This document shows positions 48,301 through 57,486 of a stretch of DNA of 64,000 bases, piece by piece. A program made the position numbers and the translations under genes. Source of the stretch: Candidatus Eiseniibacteriota bacterium (GTDB taxonomy: Bacteria; Eisenbacteria; RBG-16-71-46; CAVPCR01); contig CAWGMA010000003.1 in the NCBI GenBank assembly GCA_963823555.1, positions 788,214 to 852,213 on the forward strand, read 5' to 3'. Below the pieces are notes generated by a model. The model was not told the origin of the DNA and made no database searches. It saw nothing but the letters and a program-made list of their open reading frames with translations. Each line of letters starts with the position of its first letter. Position 1 is the stretch's first letter.

Positions 48301-48706
48301 TGGCGATCTCGAGTCGGCACAGAGGTTCCTCGCTGAGAGCCTCACGCTTCGGCTAGAGCTGGGCGAAAGCGTCGCGGTGGCTCGTTCGATGGTGGCATTC
48401 GGCCAAGTCGCGGCGGCTCATGGCCAGTCGGAGCGCGGCGTGAGGCTCATGGCGGCGGCGGCGGCGGCCATGGAGCGACTGCGCAGCACATGGAGCCCCA
48501 AGGACAAGATCGAGATCGAGGAGACGATCGCGGGGCTCGAGAAGGCGCTCGACCGTGAGGCGTTCGCACGCGAGTGGGAGACGGGGAGCTCGCTCTCCAT
48601 GGATGAGGCGATCGAACTCGCCCTTGAAAACGGAACGCAAGACCCGTTGCGGACCACCGAAACGGGATCACCCGTCCCTCGAGGTAAGCTAGCTCATTGT
48701 CAATAG
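45317..48706 (+). CDS. Ser/Thr protein kinase fused to a STAND/NB-ARC-like ATPase and TPRs
   Basis: LGRGGMGVVY, VALK, HRDVKP, DFG, GTPGYMSPE; GVGGCGKTR, LILDNCEH, GLPLALEL; TPR-like C-terminal repeats. Confidence 0.92.
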   Translation: MDPERFARIKRLLLDAQELGPAERAAFLDEACAGDPGLRGEIESILAYEHGSLALGRPSGTRVPLRAAQDPPAAGSSDLPRRIQHYEVRAELGRGGMGVVYRAWDPDLEREVALKVLPAQWAAHPDRVTRFAAEARLLASINHPNIARILTIEQDGDIPFLSMELVAGRSLEAMIAEGPLSLEIALTIARQVASALEAAHSRGVIHRDVKPLNVMVTTAGRVKVLDFGIAKALWGEEAWARSAPGAEAPAWDLAGLGSGIIGTPGYMSPEQVTGEAVSARTDVWAIGCLLFACLVGEPPFAGESVSDILRATVGADAPLDRLPRSTPSELVEMIRRCLERDPIRRPGTMSAVRRAVIEAMESLELDHLVAGDSIGSTPTNLPRRLTTFIGRKHEIEEVGALMDRHQLVTLVGVGGCGKTRLSLEVAGAHMRDYPDGVWQVELVALRAPSFVSQAVMSALGVEQRSGNTVVETVVAHLRDKRSLLILDNCEHVLDGCIALIAEVLLGAPHLRILATSRERLGLDGEQVYAVPPLSIENADDAGQDAGGDAIELFLARARSANASFQVEGPRRALVARICRRLDGLPLALELAAARIQSMSLEDLALGLEEGSGMLAGGDRAIVPRHQTLKRVIDWSHDHLETSARQVLRRMSVFAGGCTLEAAEAVCRGETVEEWELLDVLTTLVDKSLIERGIEDGESGARVRFRMLETVREYARERLAEAGEVAAVQERHRDHFLALAELAGARLRGAETQRWIRRLDIEQANIMAALEWKGGDDGGQKALRLAASIWRYWNGQGYLSLGREVLTGVLALDAGKHASIPRGVVLHTVGALALAQGDQEAARKFFADSLAMHRQLGDRAGMATVIASEGSLEQLQGDLVRARALFEESLRLRREVGDRQGIAGSLGLLGRLAFAQGDFAAAERFHEESLGLRREIADIGGIASSLGNLANVKFGQGKYQEGTGLLEESLVMSRQVGDRRGIAALLNNLGTLKYMLGDLESAQRFLAESLTLRLELGESVAVARSMVAFGQVAAAHGQSERGVRLMAAAAAAMERLRSTWSPKDKIEIEETIAGLEKALDREAFAREWETGSSLSMDEAIELALENGTQDPLRTTETGSPVPRGKLAHCQ

Positions 48707-48714
48707 ATTATGTG

Positions 48715-48972
48715 ATGGCGACGACGAATCCCGCGCAGAAGTGCAGCGAATACAAGTACGGGTCCTTTGCCGATAGCGGAGGCCGATGTCGTCTCGCCGG
48801 GGCTCAACGAGAATGTCATCCGGCTCATCTGGGCCAGGAAGCACGAGCCCGAGTCTCGCCACCTTCGACAAGCTCGGGATCCCGCTCGCGGAGGAGAAGA
48901 TGCTGAAAGCACGTTGCTCTTGGACCCAGGTCGAAACCGAGTCGGCGATCACCTGGATGTACCCGAGCTGCA
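48715..48972 (+). pseudogene. Collapsed sufB remnant
   Basis: EYKYG / PGLNENVIRLI...K.EPE / TFDKLGIPLAEEKML / SWTQVETESAITWMYPSC are SufB segments joined by frameshifts and large deletions. Confidence 0.85.
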
Positions 48973-48982
48973 CCGATGCGAC

Positions 48983-50402
48983 CTAGTGGCCGCGTGCCGG
49001 GACGGCGACGGACTCGATGATTCGCTCCGCCACCGCGCGCGCATCCTCGATGACGCGATTGACGGCGATGCCGCGATAGCCATAGCCCGCAAGGTGAAGC
49101 CCCGGCATGGCGGCGAGCCGGGCATCGATACGGGCCATGCGTGCCCCGTGGCCGGGCGGATACTGGGGGATACCGCGGCGGTGCTGGATCACACGCACCA
49201 GCTCGGGCTCGGCGGTGATGTCGAGGACCTCTGCGAGCTCGCGCCGCACGATGGCGAGGAGCTCGGCCGGGTCGAGCCGGACCACCTCGGGGTCATGCGC
49301 GCCCCCGATCATGGTGCGCAGGAGCACGCGTCCGGCCGGGGCGCGGAAGCGGAAGATCGAGGAATCCCACAAGCAGCCGAGAAGGCGCAATCCCTCCCCC
49401 CGTGGCACCAGGAAGCCGAAGCCGTCGAGGGGCTCGATCTTCGCCTGGTCGAAGGCGGTGGCGATGACGGCGATCGGGGCGGTCGGGATCGCGGCGAGCT
49501 CGCTGGCGATCTCGCCGTCGAGCGGGCCGAGAAGCTCGGCAGTCACCCAGGGCGGGGTCGCGAGCACGAGCGACCGCGCGGCGATGGTCTCGCCGCCGCT
49601 CGTGCGCACGCGATACCCGCCGCCCGGCAGGCGCTCGATCGACTCGGCCCCCGTCCCGAGCGAGAGTCGCGGGATGGCCGCGGCGAGGGCGGCCGGCAAG
49701 GTCTCCATACCGTCGCGAAAGGAGGTCAGGTTGCCGCCGGGGCCGGCGTCCACCTGCCTGGCGGGACCGCCGGCGGCGCGGGCGCGCCGCGCGGCCCGCA
49801 TCTTGGCGATCATCCCCTTGATCAGGCTCCCGTACTCGGCCTCGAGCTTGGTCAGGAGCGGGAAGGCGCTCGCCACGCTCAGGTTCTTGGTATTGCCCGC
49901 AAATATCCCCGAGACCATGGCGTCGACCAGGATCCGCGCCGCCTCGGGGCCGATCCGCCGCGCGGCAAAATCGTGTACGGTCTCATCGGTGCCCGGGGCC
50001 GGCCGGGCGAAGGGTTCCATGGCCACCCGCAGCCGCCCGCCGATGCGAGAGCATCGAGCTCGTCATGAAGGCGCCGGGGGTGGTGGGCAGGAGGTGGAGC
50101 TCTCCATTGCGGAAGAGGTAGCGCTTGCGCGCCGCCTCGGAGCTCGGCTCGATCTGCGCATCGAGGCCAAGGCGCTCGACCAGCTCGAACGTGAGCGGGG
50201 CGTTGTCGAGGAAGCCGTTCGAAGCCCATTCGATGCGATAACCGGCATCCGCCTCCGAGTAGATGAGACCGCCCGGCCGTTCGCCGGCCTCGATCACCCG
50301 CACTGCCTCGCGATCACCGAGCCGATCGATGAGCTCGTAGGCGACTGCAAGGCCGCCCATGCCGCCGCCCACGACGAGGATGCCGACTTCGTCCTTGCTC
50401 AT
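48983..50402 (-). CDS. hemG: HemY/HemG FAD-dependent (proto/copro)porphyrinogen oxidase, frameshifted near 50045
   Basis: N-part VVGGGMGGL...EAGERPGG (start 50402); C-part GIFAG, GFGFLVP, IPQY, Y.GI.V; one extra base at about 50045 separates LS from IGGRLRVAMEPF. Confidence 0.85.
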
Positions 50403-51441
50403 CCCTGCTCCTTCGAAAGCCACCCCTCGCGGCCGAGACGGTTCTCGACGAGGTTGGCGAGAACATGCGTGAGGTCCATGGCCTCGTTGAACGATTCCAT
50501 CCGCACGTATTCCTGGATACCGAGCTCGCGTGCCTCCTCACCGTAGAGGAGATCGATCTCGTAGAGCGTCTCGATGTGATCGGAGACGAACGACACGGGA
50601 ACGACCACGAGCGCGCGGCGGCCGCGCGCCGCCTCCTCGCGGATCACCTCCTCGGTGGCGGGGCCGATCCACTGGATGGGTCCGGTGCGGCTCTGATAGG
50701 CGAGGCGATGGGGAAGAGAAAGGTCCCCGAGCCGCGCCATGGTGCCCGCGACCGTGGCCTTGATGTGCTCCACGTAGGGATCGCCGCGATCGATGATCTT
50801 CTGCGGCAGTCCATGGGCGCTCCACAGGATGAGCGCTCCGGCGCGACCGCCGGGTGTGAGACGGGCGACGGCGGCGCGGATCCGCGCCGCGAGAGCGTCG
50901 AGATAGGCGGGGTCGTCATACCAGTGCTCGATCACGACGAGCGGCCGCTCGTCTCCGCGGCGCGCCCGCTCCGCGGCGAGCTCCTTCAGGCTCGATCCGG
51001 TGGTGGCGATCGAGTAATGGGGGAAGAGGCTCAGGGCGAGGAGGGCTTCGGCGTCCGCGAGCTCATCGAGCGCCTCCGTGGTGAAGGGGTGCCAGTAGCG
51101 CATGGCGACGGCGACCCGGAAGGATGTTGCGCCGTCGCCATCGTCGGCACTCGCTGCGCCGCGCGCCGCGATCCGCCGCGCGAGTTCCCCCTCGAGGTTC
51201 CTGGCCTGGGCCTCAGTCCACGCGCGGAGCGGCGATCCCCCGCCGATCTGCGCGTAGTAGCCCTTGACCTTCGGCGAGCGCACGGTCGAGATGAGCCATG
51301 CCAGCGGCTTCTGCACCAGAGCCCCCCCGGCACCGGGATGATGTCCGGGTCCGAGAAGAGGTTGCGCAGGAAGGGGGCCACCGCCTCCAGGCGCTCGGGA
51401 CCTCCGAGCTGAAGCAGGATGACACCGATCGTGCGGGGCAT
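50399..51441 (-). CDS. hemH: Ferrochelatase, frameshifted in a G7 run at 51322-51328
   Basis: LLQLGGP...FLRNLFSD in one frame; [35 protein letters not shown] in another; one extra G restores the frame. Confidence 0.88.
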
Positions 51442-51581
51442 GGCTGAGATCTGGTTCCTCATGATGGTCGGGGAGGGCGCTCCGGGGAGGCTCGAGCGGA
51501 AGAGCATAGCCCGGCGCGGGCGCAGGCCGCAACCGGGTGCCTGCCGCAACCGGGCGCGGCCATGATATCCTCGATCGCGAG

Positions 51582-52106
51582 ATGGGGAATCTACGCGACG
51601 AGCTACGGAAGAAGGGTGTCATCAGCGAGAAGCGGGCGCGGGCCGTCATCCACGAGGAGAAGGCGCGGCAGAAGAAGGCCGGCCCCGAGGTCGTGGAGGC
51701 GGAGCGACGCGCCCGTGAGGAAGCCGCGCGGCGCGAGGTGGAGGCGCGGCGCGAGGCCGATCGCCAGCGCGAGGAGGAGCACCGGCGCCAGCGCGAGGAG
51801 GAGCAGAAGGCGGGCCTCATCCCGGGGCTCATCCGCCTCGGGCTCGTGCGCGACGGCGGAGCGGGAAGCCGCCGCTTCTACTTCATCACCCGCGAGAACA
51901 AGGTCTCCTATCTCGAACTCTCGGATCAGGCGCTCCGGAGCGTGGTCGACGGCCGCGCCGCCATCGTCGAGGCGCTAGGTGTAACGCGCCTCGACTTCTG
52001 CGTGGTTGCCAGCGAGCAGGCGGCCGAGATCGCCAAGCACGATCGCGAGGTGGTGCGCTTCTGGAACACGGCGGGACCGCCCGCCCCGCCGCGCCCGCGG
52101 GCCTAG
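51582..52106 (+). CDS. DUF2058-like hypothetical protein
   Basis: [14 protein letters not shown] start, charged coiled coil, C-terminal FYF...G..AIV. Confidence 0.55.
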   Translation: MGNLRDELRKKGVISEKRARAVIHEEKARQKKAGPEVVEAERRAREEAARREVEARREADRQREEEHRRQREEEQKAGLIPGLIRLGLVRDGGAGSRRFYFITRENKVSYLELSDQALRSVVDGRAAIVEALGVTRLDFCVVASEQAAEIAKHDREVVRFWNTAGPPAPPRPRA

Positions 52107-54193
52107 CCCCCGCCGTCGGCGCGCGCCAGCTTCAACCGCCCGCGTTCATCCACGCCGAGGACGCGCACCTCCATCGGGTCCCCCTCACCGATCTCGCCGG
52201 CCCCGGCGAGCTCGGACACGTGCACGAGCCCCTCGATCGATCCCATCACCCGCACGAAGCAGCCGAAGTCCTTGACGCCGGTGACCGTCCCGCGATAGAC
52301 GCGGCCCACCTCGGGCTCACCGCACAGCTCGCGCACCTTGGCGAGCGCAGCCTCGAGCCCGGCGCCACCGGGCGCCGCGATCCGCACCGTGCCCTCGTCA
52401 TCGACGTCGATCTTGGTGCCGGTCTCGGCCTGGAGGTCCTGGATGATCCGCCCGCCGGGGCCGATGAGATCGCGGATCCGGTTGCGCCGGATCTTCTCGA
52501 CCGCGATCCGCGGAGCATACGGTGCCAGCTCGGGGCGCGGGGCGGCGAGGACCTTCGCCATCTCGCCGAGAACGTGGATCCGCCCGGCCCGCGCCTGCTC
52601 GAGGGCCTGCTCGAGCACCACGCGGGGCAGGCTCCCGAGCTTGTTGTCCATCTGCACCGCGGTGATTCCGCGCTCGGTGCCGGCCACCTTGAAGTCCATG
52701 TCGCCGAGGTGATCCTCGTCGCCGAGGATGTCGGAGAGAATGGCGACCTGGTCTCCCTCCATGATGAGTCCCATGGCGACCCCGGCCACCGGACGGACGA
52801 TCGGGACTCCGGCGTCCATGAGGGCGAGCGCGCCCCCGCACACGGTGGCCATCGAAGAAGAACCGTTCGATTCGGAGATCTCGGACTCGATCTTGATCGT
52901 GTAGGGGAAGGCATCGGCGGGGGGCAGCATGGTAGCGAGCGCGCGGTGCGCGAGGTTGCCGTGGCCGATCTCGCGGCGGCCCGGCCCGCGGAGCGGCCGC
53001 ACCTCCCCGACGGAGTAGGGCGGGAAGTTGTAGAAGAGGAGGAAGCGCTCGCTGTGGACGCCGTCGAGGTCTTCCACATCCTGCTCGTCGCCGCCGGTGC
53101 CGAGGGTGCAGGTGACCATGGCCTGGGTCTCGCCGCGCGTGAAGAGGCTCGAGCCATGGGTGCGCGGGAGCCACCCGGTCTCGCCCGAGATCGGGCGGAT
53201 ATCGGCCGGGCCGCGGCCGTCGAGGCGCCGGCCCGCGGAGAGGATCGCCTCGCGGATCACCTCCTTGAGGACATCATCGAAGAGCGTCTCGATCTCCTCC
53301 GCATGGGCTGCGGGTGGAGCTTCGGCGGCGGGCGAGTCAGCTTCTCCTCCGTTGCTGGCGAGCGTCTCGGCGACGACCTCCCGCACCGCGGCGATGCGCT
53401 CCCGGCGGGCACGCTTGTCGGCGATCATGGTTGCCTCACGCAGCGGATCGCGGGAAAGCGCAATAACCTGCGCAACGAGCTCGGGATCCGGCTCGCTCGT
53501 CTCGAGCACCCGCTTCTCGAGCCCGGTGGCGGCACGCATCTCCTCCATGGCCGCGCAGAGAGGGGCCACCGCGTCCTGCGCGAAGAGGAGCGCCTCGATC
53601 ACCTCGGACTCGCTCGCCTCCGCCGCCTGCCCCTCGACCATGACGAGTCCCCCCGGTCCGGCCGAGACCACGAGGTCGAGGCTCGCCCGGGCGCGATCGG
53701 CGGGCCCCGGCATGGCGATGAGCTTGCCGTCGGCGCGCACCACGCGCACCCCGGCCACCGGTCCCGTCCACGGCAGGCTCGAGCGATGGAGCGCCGCGGC
53801 GGCGCCCGAGATCGCGAGCACCTCGGGGTCGGTCTCGGGATCGTAGGAGAGGACGGTCACGAGAACCTGGGTCTCGACCTTGAATTCCTTGTCGAACAGC
53901 GGGCGGATGGTGCGATCGATGAGCCGGCTCGAGAGGATCTCGTGATCCGAGATGCGGCCCTCGCGCTTGCGATAGCCTCCGGGGAAGCGGCCCGCGGCCG
54001 AGTACTTCTCCCGGTACTCGACGGTCAGGGGGAAGAAGCCGAGGCCGCTCCTGGCCGCTTCGGCGGCACTCACCGCAACGAGGAGAACCGTTTCGCCGTC
54101 CTGGACGAGGACGGCGCTTTCCGCTTGCCGGGCGATGCGGCCGGTCTCGAAGCGGATCCGGCGCTGCCCGAGGGATACATCTTGATGCCACAT
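52103..54193 (-). CDS. pnp: Polyribonucleotide nucleotidyltransferase (PNPase)
   Basis: FFPLTVEYRE, RLIDRTIRP, HGSSLFTRGETQ, RREIGHG, SNGSSSMA, EDHLGDMDFKVAG, KH (IGPGG) and S1 domains. Confidence 0.93.
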   Translation of the reverse strand: MWHQDVSLGQRRIRFETGRIARQAESAVLVQDGETVLLVAVSAAEAARSGLGFFPLTVEYREKYSAAGRFPGGYRKREGRISDHEILSSRLIDRTIRPLFDKEFKVETQVLVTVLSYDPETDPEVLAISGAAAALHRSSLPWTGPVAGVRVVRADGKLIAMPGPADRARASLDLVVSAGPGGLVMVEGQAAEASESEVIEALLFAQDAVAPLCAAMEEMRAATGLEKRVLETSEPDPELVAQVIALSRDPLREATMIADKRARRERIAAVREVVAETLASNGGEADSPAAEAPPAAHAEEIETLFDDVLKEVIREAILSAGRRLDGRGPADIRPISGETGWLPRTHGSSLFTRGETQAMVTCTLGTGGDEQDVEDLDGVHSERFLLFYNFPPYSVGEVRPLRGPGRREIGHGNLAHRALATMLPPADAFPYTIKIESEISESNGSSSMATVCGGALALMDAGVPIVRPVAGVAMGLIMEGDQVAILSDILGDEDHLGDMDFKVAGTERGITAVQMDNKLGSLPRVVLEQALEQARAGRIHVLGEMAKVLAAPRPELAPYAPRIAVEKIRRNRIRDLIGPGGRIIQDLQAETGTKIDVDDEGTVRIAAPGGAGLEAALAKVRELCGEPEVGRVYRGTVTGVKDFGCFVRVMGSIEGLVHVSELAGAGEIGEGDPMEVRVLGVDERGRLKLARADGGG

Positions 54194-54340
54194 GGCGACG
54201 ATCTTAGCAGATCGTTCACCCGCTTCGATGCGGACGATGCGCTATCCGGCAGCGCCCCCCCGGGGTCGATTGGGGTTTCGCTGCGGTGATCGGCCATGAT
54301 AGACTGCCGGCTCCGCGACCAAGACCTCGGAGGGCCCCGC

Positions 54341-56074
54341 ATGCGAACCCTGGTCAGAGCCGGCTTTTTTTTCGTCCTCGTTTGCCTCACCATCTGGCCT
54401 GCTGCCGCGTCCGCCCAGTACACCTACGGCGACACGCTGACCACCATCATGCGCCCGATCGTCAACCTTCCGGCCTTCTGTATCGCCGGGGATGTCTTCG
54501 AGGCCTGGGCGCTCGCACCCCAAGCGCAGACCGGGTTCAGCGCCCGCCTCGAGCTCGGCAGCAACACGCACCCGCTTACGCTCGAGTCCGCCGTCTACGA
54601 TGCCTCGCGAGTCCGCTGGGTGCTCGGGTTCCGAGTGCCGGCCGGCGTGCCTGAGGAGCTCTACGATCTCGTGCTCGCCGCGCCCGGGCTCGAGACCGAC
54701 CGGGCGGTGAATGCCGTCCAGGTGATGGATGCCGAGCCCACGGACTACTACTTCGTCCAGGTTTCCGACACGCATCTTGTCACCCATCTCTACTACTACC
54801 AGTCCGGAGCCGAGAGCGACACCTCCGAGGTGGCCGACTTCCGGGCCGTGATCGACGATCTCAACATCATCCAGCCTGCGTTCGTGATCCACACCGGAGA
54901 CCTGATCAACGAGGGGGAGCTCGAGGAGTTCCTGGATCGTTACTACTGGTCCCGCTCCCAGGCTGTCTTCAGCTCGTTCGAGATGCCGCTGTTCCTGGTC
55001 CCGGGAAACCACGATATCGGCGGCTGGGATGCCACGCCGCCGCCTGATGGCACGGCGCGCCGCAACTGGTGGCGCTACTTCGGCTGGCCCTGGCTCAACA
55101 GCCCGCCCGCCGGAGATCCGCTCCGCACCCAGAACTGGAGTTTCACCCTCGGTAACGTCCGCTACTTCGGGCTCGAGGCCTACCTCAACTACGACGGCTG
55201 GCGTTCCGCGATCTACGGCAACCGGAGCTTCCTGCCGGAGCAGATCACATGGCTCACGCAGGGGCTGGCCTCCGTGCCATCCCATCAGGCCCGGGTCGTC
55301 TTCTACCACTACGACTTCTCAGGTCAGATCAACCTCACAGCGGCTGGCATCGACATGGCGCTGTGGGGGCATGATCACGGAGTGCCCGAAGGGAACTGGC
55401 AGACCCCACCCTTCGACCTCGGCCTGCAGCCCGTGTGCGACGGCCGGCGCAACTTCCGCCTCGTGCGCGTCAGCGGGAACACGCTGGCTCCACGGCCTAT
55501 GTTGACCTCGGGGATCTCGACCGACAACCTGCGGCTCACCTACGCCGAGCAAGCGGGAGCGATCACGGCCACGGTCACGAACGCGCTCGCGGAGCCCTTC
55601 GAGCGGGCCGAGGTGCGGTTCCGCGTGCCCGATGACGGCTCGAACTGGGATCTGACGGGGGGTACGCTCCTGCGCGTCATTCCGGACGGCGACGAGCGCG
55701 TGTTCTACGTGCGGCTACCGGTGCCGGCATCTGGCACGGTCTCGGCCACGCTGACACCGGTGGCCAATGGAGTCGCCGACGCTGGAGCGCCGCCAGCGAC
55801 GTTGCGCCTCGGTCCGGCGTTCCCCAATCCCTTCAACCCGGCCACATCGATCCGCGTTGCGCTCCCCACGGCAAGCCAGGCGCGGCTCGATGTCTACGAT
55901 GTGTTCGGCCGACTCGTACGCCGCCTTCATGACGGCCCGCTCGCGGCCGGCGCCACCTCGATCGCCTGGGACGGTCGCAACGACGACGGACGCCCGGTGC
56001 CGTCGGGGACCTACATCGTGCGGGCCACGAGCGCGTTCGGAATCGCCGAGCTGAAGGTCCTGCGCGTCAAGTAG
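54341..56074 (+). CDS. Secreted calcineurin-like metallophosphoesterase with C-terminal FlgD-Ig domain
   Basis: SDTH, TGD, GNHD, GHDH; signal ending ASA; FPNPFNP...WDGRND...GTY. Confidence 0.88.
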   Translation: MRTLVRAGFFFVLVCLTIWPAAASAQYTYGDTLTTIMRPIVNLPAFCIAGDVFEAWALAPQAQTGFSARLELGSNTHPLTLESAVYDASRVRWVLGFRVPAGVPEELYDLVLAAPGLETDRAVNAVQVMDAEPTDYYFVQVSDTHLVTHLYYYQSGAESDTSEVADFRAVIDDLNIIQPAFVIHTGDLINEGELEEFLDRYYWSRSQAVFSSFEMPLFLVPGNHDIGGWDATPPPDGTARRNWWRYFGWPWLNSPPAGDPLRTQNWSFTLGNVRYFGLEAYLNYDGWRSAIYGNRSFLPEQITWLTQGLASVPSHQARVVFYHYDFSGQINLTAAGIDMALWGHDHGVPEGNWQTPPFDLGLQPVCDGRRNFRLVRVSGNTLAPRPMLTSGISTDNLRLTYAEQAGAITATVTNALAEPFERAEVRFRVPDDGSNWDLTGGTLLRVIPDGDERVFYVRLPVPASGTVSATLTPVANGVADAGAPPATLRLGPAFPNPFNPATSIRVALPTASQARLDVYDVFGRLVRRLHDGPLAAGATSIAWDGRNDDGRPVPSGTYIVRATSAFGIAELKVLRVK

Positions 56075-56089
56075 TGACGCTCGCCGAAC

Positions 56090-57481
56090 CTACACCGTGC
56101 GCGAGAACACCGGCTTGTCGCCGCGTTGCTTCTTCAGATAGGCATCGAAGATCATGCAGATGTTGCGGATGAAGAGCTGGCCGAGCGGCGTCACCCGGAG
56201 CTCGCGCGAGCTGCCGTTCGCCTTCTCGAGAAAATCCTCGCTCGCGGGACCGGAGGCGAGCTCGGCGACCTCGGCGGCGAAGTAGTCATCGAAGCGAATG
56301 CCGAATCGCCGCTCGACCTCGTCCTTGTCGAGGACGAAGTTGCACATGAGCTGCGTGATGACATATCGCCGAACGATGTCATCGGCCGAGAGCTCGAAGC
56401 CGCGGTGCACGGGGAAGTCGCCGGCGCTGATCGCCGCGTAGTAGGTCGAGATCTTCTTCTCGTTCTGGCAGAAGGCGCCGCGCACGTCGCCAATGGACGA
56501 GATGCCGACGCCGAGCATGTCGCTCGCCGGCTTCACGGTGTAGCCCATGAAGTTGCGGTGCAACGTGCCCTTGTCGATGGCGAGGGCGAGCTCGTCGTCG
56601 GGAAGCGCGAAGTGATCCATGCCGATCTGCACGTAGCCGGCGGCCCGGAAGCGGTCGATCGCGGTCGCGAAGAGCTCGAGCTTGACCTCGGCCGGGGGGA
56701 GCGTCTCGATCTCGATCCCCTTCTGGTTGCCGCGGATCCACGGCACATGCGCGTAGCTGTAGCAGGCGACCCGATCGGGCCGCATGTCGATGATCGAGTC
56801 GAGGCTCTTGGCGAAGGTCGCCGGCGTCTGCTTCGGCAACCCGTACACCAGATCGACGTTGATCGAATCGAAGCCGGCGCGCCGGCCATATGCGTAGAGG
56901 GCGCGGGTCTCGGCCTCGCCCTGGTTGCGGTTGATCGCTTCCTGCACCTCGGGAGTGAAGTCCTGGACCCCCATCGAGAGCCGGTTGAAGCCGAGCTCGC
57001 GCAGCGCGTCCACTTGCTCGAAGGTGGTGACACGGGGATCCACCTCGATCGCGACTTCGGCGTCGGGATCGATGGTGAAGTGCTCGCGGACCTTGGCCTG
57101 GAGCACGCGCATCTGATCGATCGAGAGATAGGTCGGCGTGCCGCCGCCCCAGTGGTACTGGACCAGGCGCCGGCGGTCGGGAAGGGCCGCTGCCAGCATG
57201 TCGATCTCGGCGAAGAGATAGTCGAGGTAGCTCGCCGCGCGGTCCTTGTGCTTGGTGATGATGACGTGGCAGCCGCAGAAGCTGCAGCGTTCCTCGCAGA
57301 ATGGGATATGGATGTAGAGCGAAAGCGGCTCCCCGGCAGCCGCATTGGCCAGCGCCAGGTGCCGGCGATAGTCCTTCGCGGTGAACTGATCGTGGAACTC
57401 GACCGCCGTCGGATAGGACGTGTAGCGCGGACCGGGGCGGTCGTACTTCTTCAAGAGCTCGGTGGTGACCGGGGCCGACAT
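56090..57481 (-). CDS. hemN: Oxygen-independent coproporphyrinogen III oxidase
   Basis: GPRYTSYP, YIHIPFCEERCSFCGC, GGGTPT, IGMDHFA, RNFMGY. Confidence 0.96.
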   Translation of the reverse strand: MSAPVTTELLKKYDRPGPRYTSYPTAVEFHDQFTAKDYRRHLALANAAAGEPLSLYIHIPFCEERCSFCGCHVIITKHKDRAASYLDYLFAEIDMLAAALPDRRRLVQYHWGGGTPTYLSIDQMRVLQAKVREHFTIDPDAEVAIEVDPRVTTFEQVDALRELGFNRLSMGVQDFTPEVQEAINRNQGEAETRALYAYGRRAGFDSINVDLVYGLPKQTPATFAKSLDSIIDMRPDRVACYSYAHVPWIRGNQKGIEIETLPPAEVKLELFATAIDRFRAAGYVQIGMDHFALPDDELALAIDKGTLHRNFMGYTVKPASDMLGVGISSIGDVRGAFCQNEKKISTYYAAISAGDFPVHRGFELSADDIVRRYVITQLMCNFVLDKDEVERRFGIRFDDYFAAEVAELASGPASEDFLEKANGSSRELRVTPLGQLFIRNICMIFDAYLKKQRGDKPVFSRTV

Positions 57482-57486
57482 GAGGG

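Noticed and set aside
48767..50068. 433-aa plus-strand ORF starting with a SufB-like peptide
   Set aside because: Only the first ~28 aa are SufB-like; the rest is largely antisense to hemG
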